This document shows, one piece after another, positions 1 to 12,940 of a stretch of DNA of 64,000 bases (positions are counted from its first letter, which is position 1; every line of letters begins with the position of its first letter). This stretch comes from Octopus vulgaris (taxonomy: Eukaryota). Under the pieces are notes generated by a model that did not search any database, was not told the DNA's origin, and saw only the letters and a program-made list of their open reading frames with translations. The DNA lies in NCBI GenBank assembly GCA_951406725.2, contig OX597825.1:58528001-58592000 (forward strand). Reading direction: 5' to 3'. The position numbers and the translations under genes are program-made.

Positions 1-370
1 CTGCTTTGTTAAGACAGAGGTATTGTTTTCAGTCGCATTTGTTTGTTTGCTTGTTGATTTGTTTGTCTGTGGACAAGATATTTCAAGAACTGCCTGATGG
101 ATTCGAATGAAACTTTCAGGTATGTTTGGCCTTGTGATTGCCATGAACTGATTATCCAGTACCAATCCAGTACCAAACAAGGATTCTGGATTATTTTTCC
201 TGTTTTTTTACTTAATTTTTGAGAGTGGTCAGGTTCATTTTTAGTATTCTCGTTTGTGAGAGCAGTTAAGTTTATTTCAGATATTCTCATTTTAAAAATC
301 ATCTCAGGCTAATCATTAGAGGATGTTGGCATTGACTTGGCAGAAGTTTGCACTCTCTGAGTGCTTTTGT
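1..370 (+). mobile_element. HINE-like non-autonomous Helentron derivative (5' end probably cut by window edge)
   Basis: Begins ...CTGCTTTGTTAAGACAGAGGTATTGTTTTCAGTCGC followed by a (TTTG)n/GTCTG microsatellite, and ends TTGGCAGAAGTTTGCACTCTCTGAGTGCTTTT with a small GCACTC-TCT-GAGTGC hairpin. This is the layout of Helentron-associated interspersed elements. Confidence 0.55.
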
Positions 371-596
371 TTGTTTATTTATTCATTTATTTCATTATAC
401 ATCACAATTAGTTAATAACATCATTAGTTTAGATTGCAAATTGGTCATTTATTGGCTTACTGTAATTCTGAGGGAGAGAGTGACAGTGGAGTGTCTGCAA
501 ATTGGTGCAGAACAGATATTGTCATAGACATCTCCCAAACAACATTTGTTTGTCTTCCAGGTGACTGTACGTGTAATATAATATATAATATCATTA

Positions 597-759
597 GAGG
601 TGCTGGCATGGCCGTGTGGTAAGAAGCTTGCTTCCCAACCAAATTGGTTCTGGGTTCAGTCCCAATGCATGGCATCTTGGATAAGTGTCTTCTATTATGA
701 CGTTGGGCTGATCAAAGTGTTGTGAGTGGATTTGGTAGACAGAAGCTGAAAGAAGCCTG

Positions 760-810
<51 letters not shown>

Positions 811-910
811 TTCGTTTGTCCCCGACTCATCCACCCACCACTTGACAACTTATGTACCTGTAACTTAGCAGTTCAGCAAAAGAAATTGAAGGAATAAATA
901 CCAGAGGAAA
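597..910 (+). mobile_element. tRNA-headed SINE, local family A (central TA/TG microsatellite), degenerate
   Basis: GGCATGGCCGTGTGGTAAGAAGCTTGCTTCCCAACC...GGTTCAGTCCCA head with A/B-box-like motifs; similar to the near-intact copy at 45882-46288. Confidence 0.75.
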
Positions 911-1282
911 AATAGGAGATGAGAGAGAGAGAGAGAGATTCAGTGGGTTGCCACAAAACTTCTATCTGCCAAATTCCATACAAAAGCAATTGGTCAATTG
1001 AATATAATGTAGAAAATCTCTTAACCACACAGCTATTGCAGTCAAAGAGGTTGGGGCAAAAAGACTAAAATTCCAGCACAAAGACAAAAATTCCTCTACC
1101 ATCCAATGTATTGAACATAGACAATCTGTGTGTTAAAAGATCCTTCTGATAGTAACCAAAATTCCTTGATAAATCCAATACTTATAGACCCACATTGTTC
1201 CAATAATGGTGCAGACATTCTTCAATGTAGCCATGTATTGATTGAAGTAGGAGATATAAGCTAAGAAATATTTCAAAATTCT

Positions 1283-1460
1283 ATAGATGTTGCGTGGTTA
1301 AAAAACTTGCTTTGCAACCATGAGGTTTTGAGTTCAGTCCCACTGTGCAGCACCTTGAGCAAATGTCTTCTATGCTAGCTCTGGGCTGACCAATGCCTTC
1401 TGAATGAATTTGGCAGATGGAAACCGCATGGAAGCCTGTTATATATATGTATGTATGCAT
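1283..1460 (+). mobile_element. SINE family A, 5' part
   Basis: TGCGTGGTTAAAAAACTTGCTTTGCAACC...GAGTTCAGTCCCACTG...GATGGAAAC matches other family A copies. Confidence 0.7.
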
Positions 1461-1814
1461 GATTTTTCTTGGAGTTTTATCTAAGTTCTTCTTGAGAGAA
1501 TTCGCTAACAAAGCTACAAGACTTTATGAGATGAGAGAGCTCCCAGTATTTACAAATATGTGGTTGAGTTTAGTGTCTTGATTGAACTGTTGATACATAC
1601 ACTCAAATGTGTGCATCTATTCACACAAGAATCTCAGATGGAGAATTTTTCAAATGTCTTACAAATCTTCACTGTTCCACTCATAAACTGGATTTGGAGA
1701 ATCCTTATCAGTTTCTTTTATTCTTTCTCCATGAAACTGAGTATTTCTATGCTTTTGTGCAAATTTGTTAGTACATTGATACTGCCAGCTTCCCTTAGAT
1801 GTCAGCTTTCCTTG

Positions 1815-2027
1815 GCTGCCAGCTTCCCCTGGCACCTGTGCTGGTGGCATGTAAAAACCACCCACTACACTCACAGAGTGGTTGGCATTAGGAAGGGCAT
1901 CCAGCTGTAGAAACTCTGCCAGATCAGATTGGAGCCTGGTGCAGCCATTTGGTTCACCAGTCCTCAGTCAAATTGTCCAACCCATGCTAGCATGGAAAGC
2001 GGACGTTAAACGATGATGATGATGATA
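1815..2027 (+). mobile_element. RTE-clade LINE 3' UTR with (GAT)n tail
   Basis: GTGGTTGGCATTAGGAAGGGCATCCAGCTGTAGAAAC...CATGCTAGCATGGAAAGCGGACGTTAAACGATGATGAT. The same tail is attached to an RTE ORF2 C-terminus at 32785-33760. Confidence 0.8.
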
Positions 2028-2574
2028 GTACAAGATCTGCAAGTTCCACATTAATTCACCATGTATGTATGTAATGTAAAATATGTATGAATGAATGAAT
2101 GAGTGTGTGCTTGTGTCTCCTTATCTTGAGTCCTATTCGTGACATCATGTGATAATTGTAAAATGATTGTCACTGTCATACAAGCGATGTCATTCATTTC
2201 CGATATTCTGCAAGAACATGTCTGTCCAGGGGGAAATATTACCTTGTGTAAGATAAGTGACAGAATAAGCATATGACCGTAGAAAATCTGCTTCAATATA
2301 TTCCATTCAACCCATACAAGCATGGGAAGTGGATGCTAAAGTGATGAGGCTTCAAGTAAAAGGTAAAAGAAATCTATTTTGTAATCCAATCCGTATATAT
2401 CCTTTAAATCGAGTAGATGATTTTGTTTTAAAACCATTAAATATATAGCTTTTAAATCCAACATCCCAATATCTTTTTAATCCAGGATGTAGATACTTTC
2501 AATATCGGGTTATTGTGTTTTAAATCCTGATGACAGGTATCTTTTAAATCATATACATATATTTCTGTTAATCC

Positions 2575-2743
2575 AGTTTATATATATTTATATACATGCA
2601 CACACACACACATACATACACACACACAAAATCAAGTATAAATATATATATACACACATATATATATGTATTACAGTATATATGTGCGTGTGTGTGTATG
2701 TATGATATATGCATATATATATGTATGATACATACATATATAT

Positions 2744-2788
<45 letters not shown>

Positions 2789-2918
2789 TTATCATACATT
2801 CATGTATATATATGCATATATACATACACACACAAACACATATATATATATACATATCTATACCTATATATGTCACATATATATATATATATATATGACA
2901 TACATAGGTATAGATATG

Positions 2919-2953
<35 letters not shown>

Positions 2954-3022
2954 ATGATATATGCATATATATATATATATATATGTATGACATATATATA
3001 TATATATTTACATGGATGTATG

Positions 3023-3067
<45 letters not shown>

Positions 3068-3150
3068 CGTATGTATGTATGTATGTATGTATGTATGTAT
3101 GTATGTATGTATGTATGTATGTATGTGTGTATGTATGTATATATATATAG
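2575..3150. repeat. Compound (TA)/(CA)/(TATG) microsatellite block
   Basis: Directly visible. Similar blocks at 9460-9600, 10395-10745, 11984-12160, 15720-16090, 22752-22938, 26000-26320, 48590-49000, 52730-53300 and 63460-63880. Confidence 0.95.
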
Positions 3151-3391
3151 GCATTCCTACATAATGGCTGCTGCAGGTTATGGGATTTCGTGCTTACAGA
3201 AATTGTATGGTATTACTATTAACTTTAGGATACGGTTTTGAATTTCACTCTTTTGGAAACTTTGATTGCATAATTTTAAATTGTTAGCAATTTAAAACTA
3301 CGTTTTCTTCTTAGTTCAATGGCCACTTGCATTTTAGTTAAGATCAAAGTATATAGTTAAGGATTTCAAGAACAATTATCATACTGTACAT

Positions 3392-3422
<31 letters not shown>

Positions 3423-3974
3423 ATGAATGTGTACCTATGTATGTATGTGTGTGGGTGTGTTTCTATCATCAACACTAACAGCAGCAGTAATATATAGTAT
3501 GAAGAAGATAAGCAAATCTATTTCAAAGAAAAACATGTAATGCCATATCTTATTGTATTTTAAAAGTTGAATAAAATGTCTTTGATCTTAGGTCTCTGAG
3601 AGTTGACTCGAGACTTAACAGCTACAATGATACGTTTAGCAAGAATAATATGACCATCACACCACTACCAATACCTGCCCATCATTATTAACACCCTGAA
3701 ACCAAAGCAACCCACATCATCACCACTATCAACCCATCGACTTTTGAATCCAACTGGCTACAGTGGGTATCATGTGTGTACATGAACGTGTGTGTATGTA
3801 TGTGTATAAGTGTCTGTGTGTGTGTGTGTGTGTGTGTAGGAATGCAATCTCACTTGATAATATGAAAATCAATAGGAAAATTGATTTCACATTATGAAAT
3901 TTCACATTACTGCCAGATTTTCAGGAACGCATAACTCCCATAAAGCGAGGGATTCCTGTATATATGTGTATATA

Positions 3975-4023
<49 letters not shown>

Positions 4024-5056
4024 GAACACATGTCTGTGTGTTTGTGTGTACATGTATAAGTTAACAAAGTAACACTCAAAACAGTTAGAATTTTAAGTAT
4101 TTCATTGACACAGAACATATCTACATCAGATATATGGAATCAAAGTGGAGAGAATTTGAAACAAGTTTAAAAATGACTTCTATGTTAGAATATTTAGGCG
4201 TTTCATTAGTCAGTGCATGTCATGTGGACCTTTTCAGCTTGTCAGTTACAACCATTCATTGCATTATATTCTCTACGTGGTACAGTTGTCAGAATATTGG
4301 TGTGAGTTAGTCAGTGCTCTGTAGACATAACATTTCAATGAGAACAGTTCTCATATTTGCTGGTGCCAAGTTACATAACAGTTTATATAGTGTAATTATT
4401 AAATATAACTAGATGATTGTAAGCCATAGTTACAACATATGGACGGGCAATGATATCAGTACAAATGGCAGAATTTATAAACCCAGTATCAAACACAATT
4501 GTCAAATCTTGAATTTTATTTTTATTGATTAGTCAGAGAGGGATGGAAAGTATCCATGACTCTGCTTTCAGGGTTTTTAAGACTAATGGGGGAGAGGGAG
4601 GAAGTTATCCTCAAACCAGAGACTTGGCTCAAATGCTTGCAACAGAGTGAACTATGTTAAAGCTATCCAAGGACCAGGTGTTGTGGTGTTACACTAGAAA
4701 ACATAAGTCTGCTGCTAGGCTGGTCCTTTATTTCATCAATTCCTAGAACACTAAAAAAACCTACTGAGATTTGGTTCAGTAGAAAAAAAGTTGCATCAAA
4801 ATAGGTCAGACCTCAAGGTGGTCAGTCAGTAAGGCAGATATTCATCTTCAATTAACATAATATTTTTCTTAGGCTTAAATGATAGAAAAATGCATGAGGA
4901 ATTCAGAATCATTAGTTGCATTGAACAAAAAATTGTAGAAAGAGTTATGAGGTAAAATGTCACGAAATTTAATGTCAGTAAGTGAGGAAGTAAGAAGTAA
5001 TGCCCCAAGCAATAAGAATAAAGAATATATTTCTAAAATGAATGTTTACATTCTAA

Positions 5057-5175
5057 GGCAGTGAGCTGGCAGAAATGTTAGTGTGCCTGGCGAAATGCTG
5101 AGTGGTATTTTGTCTGTCTTTATGTTTTGAGTTCAAATTTCGCTGAAATCAACTTTGCTTTTATCCATTTCGGAT
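5057..5175 (+). mobile_element. SINE local family B, 5' fragment
   Basis: GGCAGTGAGCTGGCAGAAATGTTAG...GAGTTCAAATTTCGCTGAAATCAACTTTGCTTTTATCC matches the fuller copy at 60699-60930. Confidence 0.7.
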
Positions 5176-6979
5176 CTATTCAATTTGACGTACAGATTAT
5201 TTAATTAATTTTTTTAAACTACACACTTTCAAACTTCTGATACTGGTAGAACGTGTCACATAAAACAGGGTTTACTCTTAACGTTTTTAACAAAATTTTG
5301 TATTTTAGAAGTTATTTCGACAGAAGTTACAGAAGGACAATGGACAAATTTGTGTTTGATAAGTGCCAATACACGAAACTCTCAGCTTCTGACTTACTCT
5401 CTAACTTCTGCCAATGATATATATACATATTACATATATGTGTAAAAAAATCGAACCAATGAAAGAGTCTCTAGCTGGTCGCTCAACATGCTAAAAATAG
5501 CAGCCAAAGTATCCCCCTACCTAAATCACATGCCCATTGCACGTAATGTCCTAGATCACCCCTAAAAAAACAGTTTGCTAAAGGCAGGAATGTCTTTGAT
5601 GATAGGTTTGCAGTATCAGGGTGGATTTCAGGCTAAATAGCAACAACATTACAGTAAATTTCTATTTTAACGATTTTCACTAAGCCAAAAAAAAAAAAAA
5701 AAAATTTGATTTTTTTGCATGGAATCAAGTACCCTGACCTCCTAATATGCTGCAAACCCCTTATTTTGAGGTGGGGGTGGGAGTTCCCCCCCCCAATCAT
5801 TGGAAATTTTATTTAAATTGAATACTTTTACAGGTGTAATAACTTGTCCTGTACTTTTCCAGGTTTATAATCTTAAGAATATTACTTTTCATGCTTGCAT
5901 TTTTCCATGTAATATATATATATTTGTGTGTGTGCATGTGTGTGTGTGTGTGTGTGCATGTGCATGTGCAATACTAGGTAGGAGGTCACAGGAATTCATT
6001 CAACAAAAAAAATATTTCCAATGATTGGGGGAGGGGCCTTCTACCTAATTTTTTCCAAACCAAAATAAGGGATTTGTAGCATATTAGGTCAGTGTGTGTG
6101 TGTGTTGTGCGCATGTTGAATAACTAGTGTATTAACAATATTACATTTCATTACTACAATGTGCTTTGGCACATGTCTATAGATTTGATAACCAACACAG
6201 TATGTTATGATAAATGTCAGCATTGCAGCAATACAATTTGCTTGTGAACAGGGATAGAAGAACCATCATCAACAGTTGTGCACCCTTGTAAATTATCCAC
6301 AAGCACACTGCTTATAAACCCACTATTATACGTATGAATGCATGAGTTTATTTAGGTTCTTCTTGAGAGTGTTGAAGCCAGTTGCTAACAAAATAACAAA
6401 ATTTTTTGAACTAAGAGACTTCCTGATGTTTGTAAATATGTAGTTGAGTTGGTATGTTGGTCGAACTGTCTCTGCATGTGTATCTGTGTGTGTGTGTGTG
6501 TGTGTGTGTATGTACATATGTATGTATTAGTGTGTCTTTATAGGTGCTGTAGTAATATTATGCTTTATCCTCTATCCAAAGCAAAAAGAACTTTTCCCAT
6601 TATTTCCATAATGTTACTGCATATGTATGATGCGTGTTTTAAATACGTTGAAGTTTCGGGGTTTATAGTGGCTCTAATATTTTTCTTCACTTCTTTTTAT
6701 TATACTAATAGTTGTTTAATTTATATGAAACTGTTTTTCAGTTTCTTGTGGTACCTTTTCTCTTTTGAAGTTGATTTAATATCTTAATCATGATTTTCAG
6801 AGAAATCAACCATGTGTGAAATTTGAATCTCATTTATTCAATGTTGAAAATATTTAGTAAAATGTAAAATTCTGACTTAAATGTTAGTTTGGAGTGTGGC
6901 CTGGAGAACTGTCAAATGAAAAAACTGAAACGAAAGTGAAATACAGAAATGGAAATGATGAAGTGGTTTTTCTATATAT

Positions 6980-7331
6980 ACTCTTTTACTTGCTTCAGTC
7001 ATTTGTCTGTGGCCATGCTGGAGCACTGCTTTTAGTCGAGCAAATTGACCCCAGGACTTATTCTTTGTAAGCCTAGTACTTATTCCATCGGTATCTTTTG
7101 CTGAACTGCTAAGTTATGAGGATGTAAGCACACCAGCATCGGTTGTCAAGTGATGTTAGGGGGACAAACACAGACACACAAACATACACACATACATATA
7201 TACATATATATGATGGGCTTCTTCCAGTTTTCACCTACCAAATCCACTCACAAGGTGCCATGCAGTGGGACTGAACCCAGAACTATGTGGTTGGTAAGCA
7301 AGCTACTTACCACACAGCCACTCCTGTGCCA
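6980..7331 (-). mobile_element. SINE family A with internal deletion
   Basis: Reverse complement of the family A head and the TGACTGAAGCAAGTAAAAGAG tail. Confidence 0.8.
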
Positions 7332-7614
7332 GTAAAATGAAAAGAAAAACTGGATCCTTACTAAGACTCCAGCCAAAATGATGCAGAAGTGAAAGTTCAG
7401 AAATAGAGTACAGTACAAACAGAGTACCATGTAAACTGAAGGACGACTTTAGTGTTTATAGAGATAAATTTGCGTTGGCGAAATGTATATGAAAAGAGTT
7501 ATATTGAGTTGTATATGAAGTAAGATTTTAGAAAACTGAGTCAACATATTTTGGAAATTAACTTTAACAATATTTTGTTATATATATATATATAACAAAT
7601 ATATATTGTTGGCA

Positions 7615-7806
7615 ATTTTTTTTTTCCGTCTTCCCTTCCTTGGATCCTTCCTCTTTCTATGTTTCTGATGAAGAGCTCCGCTCAAAACGTTAAATCCTCC
7701 TTCTTTCTTTCCTTTCCTGAGTGTCCAATAACACTATACTTGTTCCATGTCCTCATGTTGTTGTATTTTCTCTTTGTGTTTTCATGTTTGGATTAACTAT
7801 ATATTC

Positions 7807-7840
<34 letters not shown>

Positions 7841-8090
7841 TGCTGGACACCATGATAGATCATTAGCTCCTACATGCATTTTTTTCTCTCCTTGTTTCTC
7901 TCCTTTTTTCTCTCCTTGTTTCTCTCTTTGTTTTTTTTCTGTATATCTTTCTGTCGAAGAGCATAGGCTCGAAACATAAAAGACTTTTTCTATTTCTATT
8001 CCTGAGCGCTATACTAATACATTTGTTTGTTTGTACTCCACCTGCCTTCGTCTTTTGTTTATTTTCGTAAACCTTCCCGTTATATATATA
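7615..8090 (+). mobile_element. Two Penelope-like element terminal (pLTR/3' UTR) fragments with hammerhead-like cores
   Basis: Pyrimidine-rich tails ending in (TA)n, carrying CTGATGA-A-GAGC-tcc-GCTC-AAAAC (7665-7688) and CTGTCGA-A-GAGC-atag-GCTC-GAAAC (7951-7975). Confidence 0.5.
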
Positions 8091-8131
8091 TACACACAAT
8101 TAGTTTTAAATCTCTGAGTAATAATTCATCT

Positions 8132-8200
<69 letters not shown>

Positions 8201-8231
8201 AATATAGACACCCTCATTTTTAAATATATAG

Positions 8232-8263
<32 letters not shown>

Positions 8264-8299
8264 GTCTATATGGTGAAGATTGACCTGCAAGTATCCTGG

Positions 8300-8597
8300 G
8301 CTTGTGTCACATTAAAAGCACTCATGGTATTTACTACATAAAAGCACCCATGTAAAAATAAAAGGTGCGATGTAAAAGTGCCTGTGCAGCACCTTGTAAA
8401 AGTACCCAAGCAGTGCCATGTAAAAACACCCAGTACACTCTAAGAAGTGGTTGGCATTAGGATGGGCATCCAGCATAGAAACCATGTCAAATCAGAATGG
8501 AGTCTGGTGTAGTTCCCCAGCTTATAAGCTCTGGCCAAACCGTCCAACCCATGCCAGCATGGACAACAGACATTAAATGATGATGATGATGATAATG
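8300..8597 (+). mobile_element. RTE-like 3' UTR fragment with (GAT)n tail
   Basis: GTGGTTGGCATTAGGATGGGCATCCAGC...CCATGCCAGCATGGACAACAGACATTAAATGATGATG. Confidence 0.7.
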
Positions 8598-8779
8598 ATA
8601 TATGATGGACTCTCCCATGAAAGACAATGTATGAGTGTTTAAGGAGAAGACAGAAAAAAAATCCACCAGACAGATAATCAATAACACGCACATTATTATT
8701 ACTATTGTTCACCAATGTTTACAGTTCATTCAGTTCACCTGGTGACTTTTCATGTGAGTCTTCAGGCCACCAAACGCAA

Positions 8780-9115
8780 TATGGATATGAATATCAGCAT
8801 GACTTATTAAACCAGCTCAGGATATCACTGAAAAATCACAATGTGGACAATAATGGTTTGCAGGAAGACTGTTGTTCTGTTGGTTCTTTTTCCTATTTTT
8901 GTATAACTGCTTTTGATAAAGTATACTTTGTGTTTCAAAACCTTGAAGCTGGAAAAAGCATTCTCTCCCTCAGTTGGCATAGTTTCTCACAAGATCCTCA
9001 AAGTTTTCTTTCCTAATATTCAGGAAATTCAAATTATCTTGGAATTTGTTTTTATATCATAGAAGTGGCTGACCTAAATTACTTTGTGAATTTATCAGCT
9101 AACCATAAAAGGTTT
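8780..9115 (-). pseudogene. Degenerate LINE ORF2 C-terminus with C2H2-like zinc finger remnant
   Basis: Minus strand reads (with stops and frameshift) CPHCDF...AGLISH..H, resembling the CxxC...GLxSHxxxH end of some RTE/BovB-type ORF2 proteins. Confidence 0.4.
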
Positions 9116-9154
9116 GTTTTTGGTATTTGACTCCTATTTGTGCAAAGAATGTGT

Positions 9155-9382
9155 CCACACCATTGCAACGATTCGTCTATCCCTAGTTTCTGCATTGCCC
9201 ACCAGATAAGGAATCGGGGGACCCTGTCAAAGGCTTTCTCCAAGTCAACAAGAGCCGAGTATAGGGGTTATCTTTGCCTAGGTATTTCTCCTGCAGTTGC
9301 CTTACCAGAGATTTAGCATCAGTGGTGCTTCTACCTGGCACAAAACTGCATCTCATCTAAGCAGACTTTTTCTCTAATTAGA
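9155..9382 (-). pseudogene. RTE-clade reverse transcriptase fragment
   Basis: Minus strand, with frameshifts: LIREKVCLDEMQF..FVPGRSTTDA..LVRQLQEKYL...LVDLEKAFDRVP..LIWWAMQKLGID. Confidence 0.8.
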
Positions 9383-9526
9383 TGTATTAGTTTAATGCTC
9401 AGGAAATGAGACAGTCTTTTACATTTCAAGCCTATGCTCGAAATCAACAGGGAGAGAAAATGTATACATATATATATATGTATGTATACATACACATATA
9501 TGTATGTATGTATGTATGTAAGTATG

Positions 9527-9590
<64 letters not shown>

Positions 9591-9749
9591 TATGTACTCA
9601 TATAAATACAGTGTATTTATATGAATAATATATAGTCTATTGCCAAAATTTTTTACATGCTAGGCCACTGGTGGTAAAAATTTCTAACATTGTTTCTTAC
9701 CCTGATATTATTAATTATATGTATGTATATATAAATGTATTTAAATATA

Positions 9750-9781
<32 letters not shown>

Positions 9782-10404
9782 TGTGTATCTATGTACGTAG
9801 ATAAAATCAAAAAAGCAACAAGATATCAATTAGTGATGCAGTATGACCATTTCAAGCGGCTTAATTTAATTGAACAATACAATCATTACATCAATTTAAA
9901 TGCAGTGCTATCTTGTGCTGCACAAATAAATAAATAGAATTTTAACCAGTCGGACACATTAATATAATTTTTCTCAAATAATTCAAGAGAGCAAGGAGAT
10001 GGAAGAAATTCATGTTGTCGCTATTGTTGCTAAGTATAGACTACACTTCCAGGAATCACATGAAGACCATTGAGGTCATAGTTTGTAAAGCATTGTAATT
10101 CATTTCTACTTTATTTATCTCTTTATCGACTACTATATCTAAGACTAGAAGACTGTGTCTGATTTGAATAAAGGACAAGAGTGTGTTGACTGCTCATGGC
10201 TAGGTATGGTCATAAATATTGTCATATGTATTTCTTTTGCTCAGGGAGGAAAGAAGACATTAGGAGTAGTCAATTGGATACAGAGTAAGTGTCTATAAAA
10301 TGAGTCTGGGTAGGGGAACACTTTAAATCATGATGTTAATTACCAGTTAAATTGCCCATTTAACTGGTAATTAACATCATGATTTAGTCTTCTGTATGTG
10401 TATA

Positions 10405-10455
<51 letters not shown>

Positions 10456-10756
10456 ATATATATATATATATATATATATCCATTTATATATATATGTATA
10501 CATATATATATATGTATGCATTTATATATATATATATGTGTATATATATATGTGTGTGTGTATGTGTGTGCATATTTATATATGTGTGTGTGTGTATATA
10601 TATATATATGTATATATGTATATATGCATATATGTATATATGTATGTATGTATAAATGTATGTATGTATATATATGTATATCTATATGTGTGTATATGTA
10701 TATATGTACATATATATATGTATATATGCCTACATATATATGTAACATTTCATATA

Positions 10757-11980
10757 ATTTATTTTAATATGGGGTAGGACCGCCTTTGGCAGTAATTACA
10801 GCTTGCATTCTATGAGTAACAGACTTGTACAAAGTTTGAATTGTTTCCAAAGGAATTTTTGTCCATTCTTCAGCTAAAAGTCTCCAGTTCTTGTAGTGAT
10901 GATGGTGGAGGATATTGACTCCTTACTTGTTTTTCTAAAGTTCACCATAAATGTTAAATAATATTGAGATCTGGGGACTGTGGTGGCCAGATAAGATGTT
11001 CAACTTTACCAGAATGTTCCTCATGCCATTCAGTAACAACTTTAGCTGTGTGAATTGGTGCATTATCATCCTGAAAGATTGCGTTTCCATCCAAAACAGT
11101 TCCACAACCATAGGATGAATTTGATCTGATAAAATGCTTAAATAGTCTTGACTATTAATTCTGCCATGAAGGGAAACCATTGGGCCGGTGGATTTCCAAG
11201 ATATAGCCCCCACCCCAGATCATCACAGATCCTCCTACATGTTTATCAGTTAGAAGAAGACAGTCTGGGTCAAATGCTTCTCTTGACTGTCTTCACATGT
11301 ATACTTGGCTGGTGGTTGGAAATAAGGTAAAGGATGACACGTCCAAGAAAATAACATTCTTCCACTGCTCTAAGGACCAGTTGTGTAGGTTTTTATGCCA
11401 CTCTAAGCGCTTTGTAACGTTTGTTTTTGCAAGTAGTGGTTTTCTGATTACAGCCCTCCCGTGAAATCTGGCTTTGTGCAGCTCCCAGCAAACAATTTTT
11501 GTGGAAACTGGGTTCTCGTGGTAGTCATTAAACTCTGCAGTAATTTTGGGAGCTGTGCTTTTGTGATCCTTTCTAACAATTCATGTAAGAGTCCAATGGT
11601 TCCTATCTGAAAGTTTTGGTTTCCTTCTGAGTTTTGTTTCGATGAAGAGGTTTTTTTCCTCTTCCTCAAAGGCATTCATTACTTTTGAGACAGTACTTCT
11701 TGATACACCAGACATTTCAGCTATTTTCGTTACACTAGCACCTGCCATACAAGCACCAACAATTTGGCCTAATCGAAAGTGCATTAGATCTGTCATTTTA
11801 ATGAATTTTAATTACTTATTCTGATGATATCTGAAAAGAAACAGCAATTTTAGCAAAACATATTAAGCAATGCTAATAATAAATCAAGAAACATAAAAAT
11901 AAACAAGCTTTTGATTGTTTATAGATACCTTGAAATTATGATGCTGTGATGCGAAGTGTTTCCGTTATTTTGTCCAACCC

Positions 11981-11983
<3 letters not shown>
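10757..11983 (-). mobile_element. Tc1-family DNA transposon, inactive, one TIR retained
   Basis: TIR CAGGGGTTGGACAAAATAACGGAAACAC ends at 11983 next to TA. Broken transposase at 10764-11796: GQIVGA..AGAS...GVSRSTVSKV (HTH), FQDDNAPIHTAK, WPPQSPDLNII*HLW (catalytic E codon reads as a stop), KGGPTPY*. Confidence 0.9.
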
Positions 11984-12049
<66 letters not shown>

Positions 12050-12050
12050 A

Positions 12051-12110
<60 letters not shown>

Positions 12111-12269
12111 TTCTATATATACATATGTGTATATGTATGTATATATATGTATATATTAATATGCTTGGAAACAGATGTATGGTGTTCAGTCATATAATAA
12201 TATAAATAATATATATATATATATATGCATATATACATACGTATACGTGCATACATGTTTACATTTATA

Positions 12270-12700
12270 CATATGCATACATGGGCACAGGACGTTACAA
12301 AACATCAACAACAAAAATACGAAGTACAAGGACATGGAATAAGGACTTTTTTTGCAAGCAACAAAAGAAACAAATGGAAAATAAGACAAGCAACACAAGG
12401 AAGGACCCTTCATCAGTTGTCACCTGTTTTTCTAGTTCGTATTTTGAGCATTTCGTGACAAGATACATCTTCGATAAAACAGTTGCTCCCGCAAAGAAAA
12501 TTAAATAAAATTTGCAATCTTGCGGAGGGTCAAGATGGTGACAAAAACAGGACAGTAAAAAAAAAAAAAAAAGGAAGGGCTAAGCCTAGACAAGGTTGTG
12601 GTGGCGAGTGCGAAGAAACAAGCCTGGACAGGAAACATAAAACAATACGTCTTCCCTGTTGAGGTGAAACAGGAAGAAAGAATGAAACACAAGTTAGGAG
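12270..12700 (-). mobile_element. Penelope-like terminal fragment (shared with 54690-54840)
   Basis: ATGGGCACAGGACG...ACCCTTCATCAGTTGTC is shared with 54690-54800 and abuts (TA)n. The class assignment is inferred. Confidence 0.4.
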
Positions 12701-12940
12701 AATAGCCGGGTTTAGTTGGCTTTAGTTATATCATCATTCATGTTCCTTGTACCATCTGGCTTTCTAAGGTTTTGACTAACTAAACAAACATATTAATTCT
12801 ATTACATGTATCACGCCCATTTGATTTCCTCTCTTTTGTACAGCTCCCCACCCTGTACACACATCTCATACAACTACACATGTTTGAACTGCTCTGTTTG
12901 CTGATTCAGTATGTCTATAAAAGATCCATTCTCGTTTCAG

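Noticed and set aside
2378-2576. CRISPR-like repeat-spacer appearance
   Set aside because: Repeats are only ~10 bp and degenerate, spacers ~14 bp, there are no cas genes, and the context is eukaryotic.
2596-3241. Long ORFs rich in Y/I/C/V/H/T (also 10396-10777, 15578-16168, 22649-23013, 52695-53361, 54850-55448, 63462-63878)
   Set aside because: They are translations of dinucleotide and tetranucleotide microsatellites, which lack stop codons; not genes.
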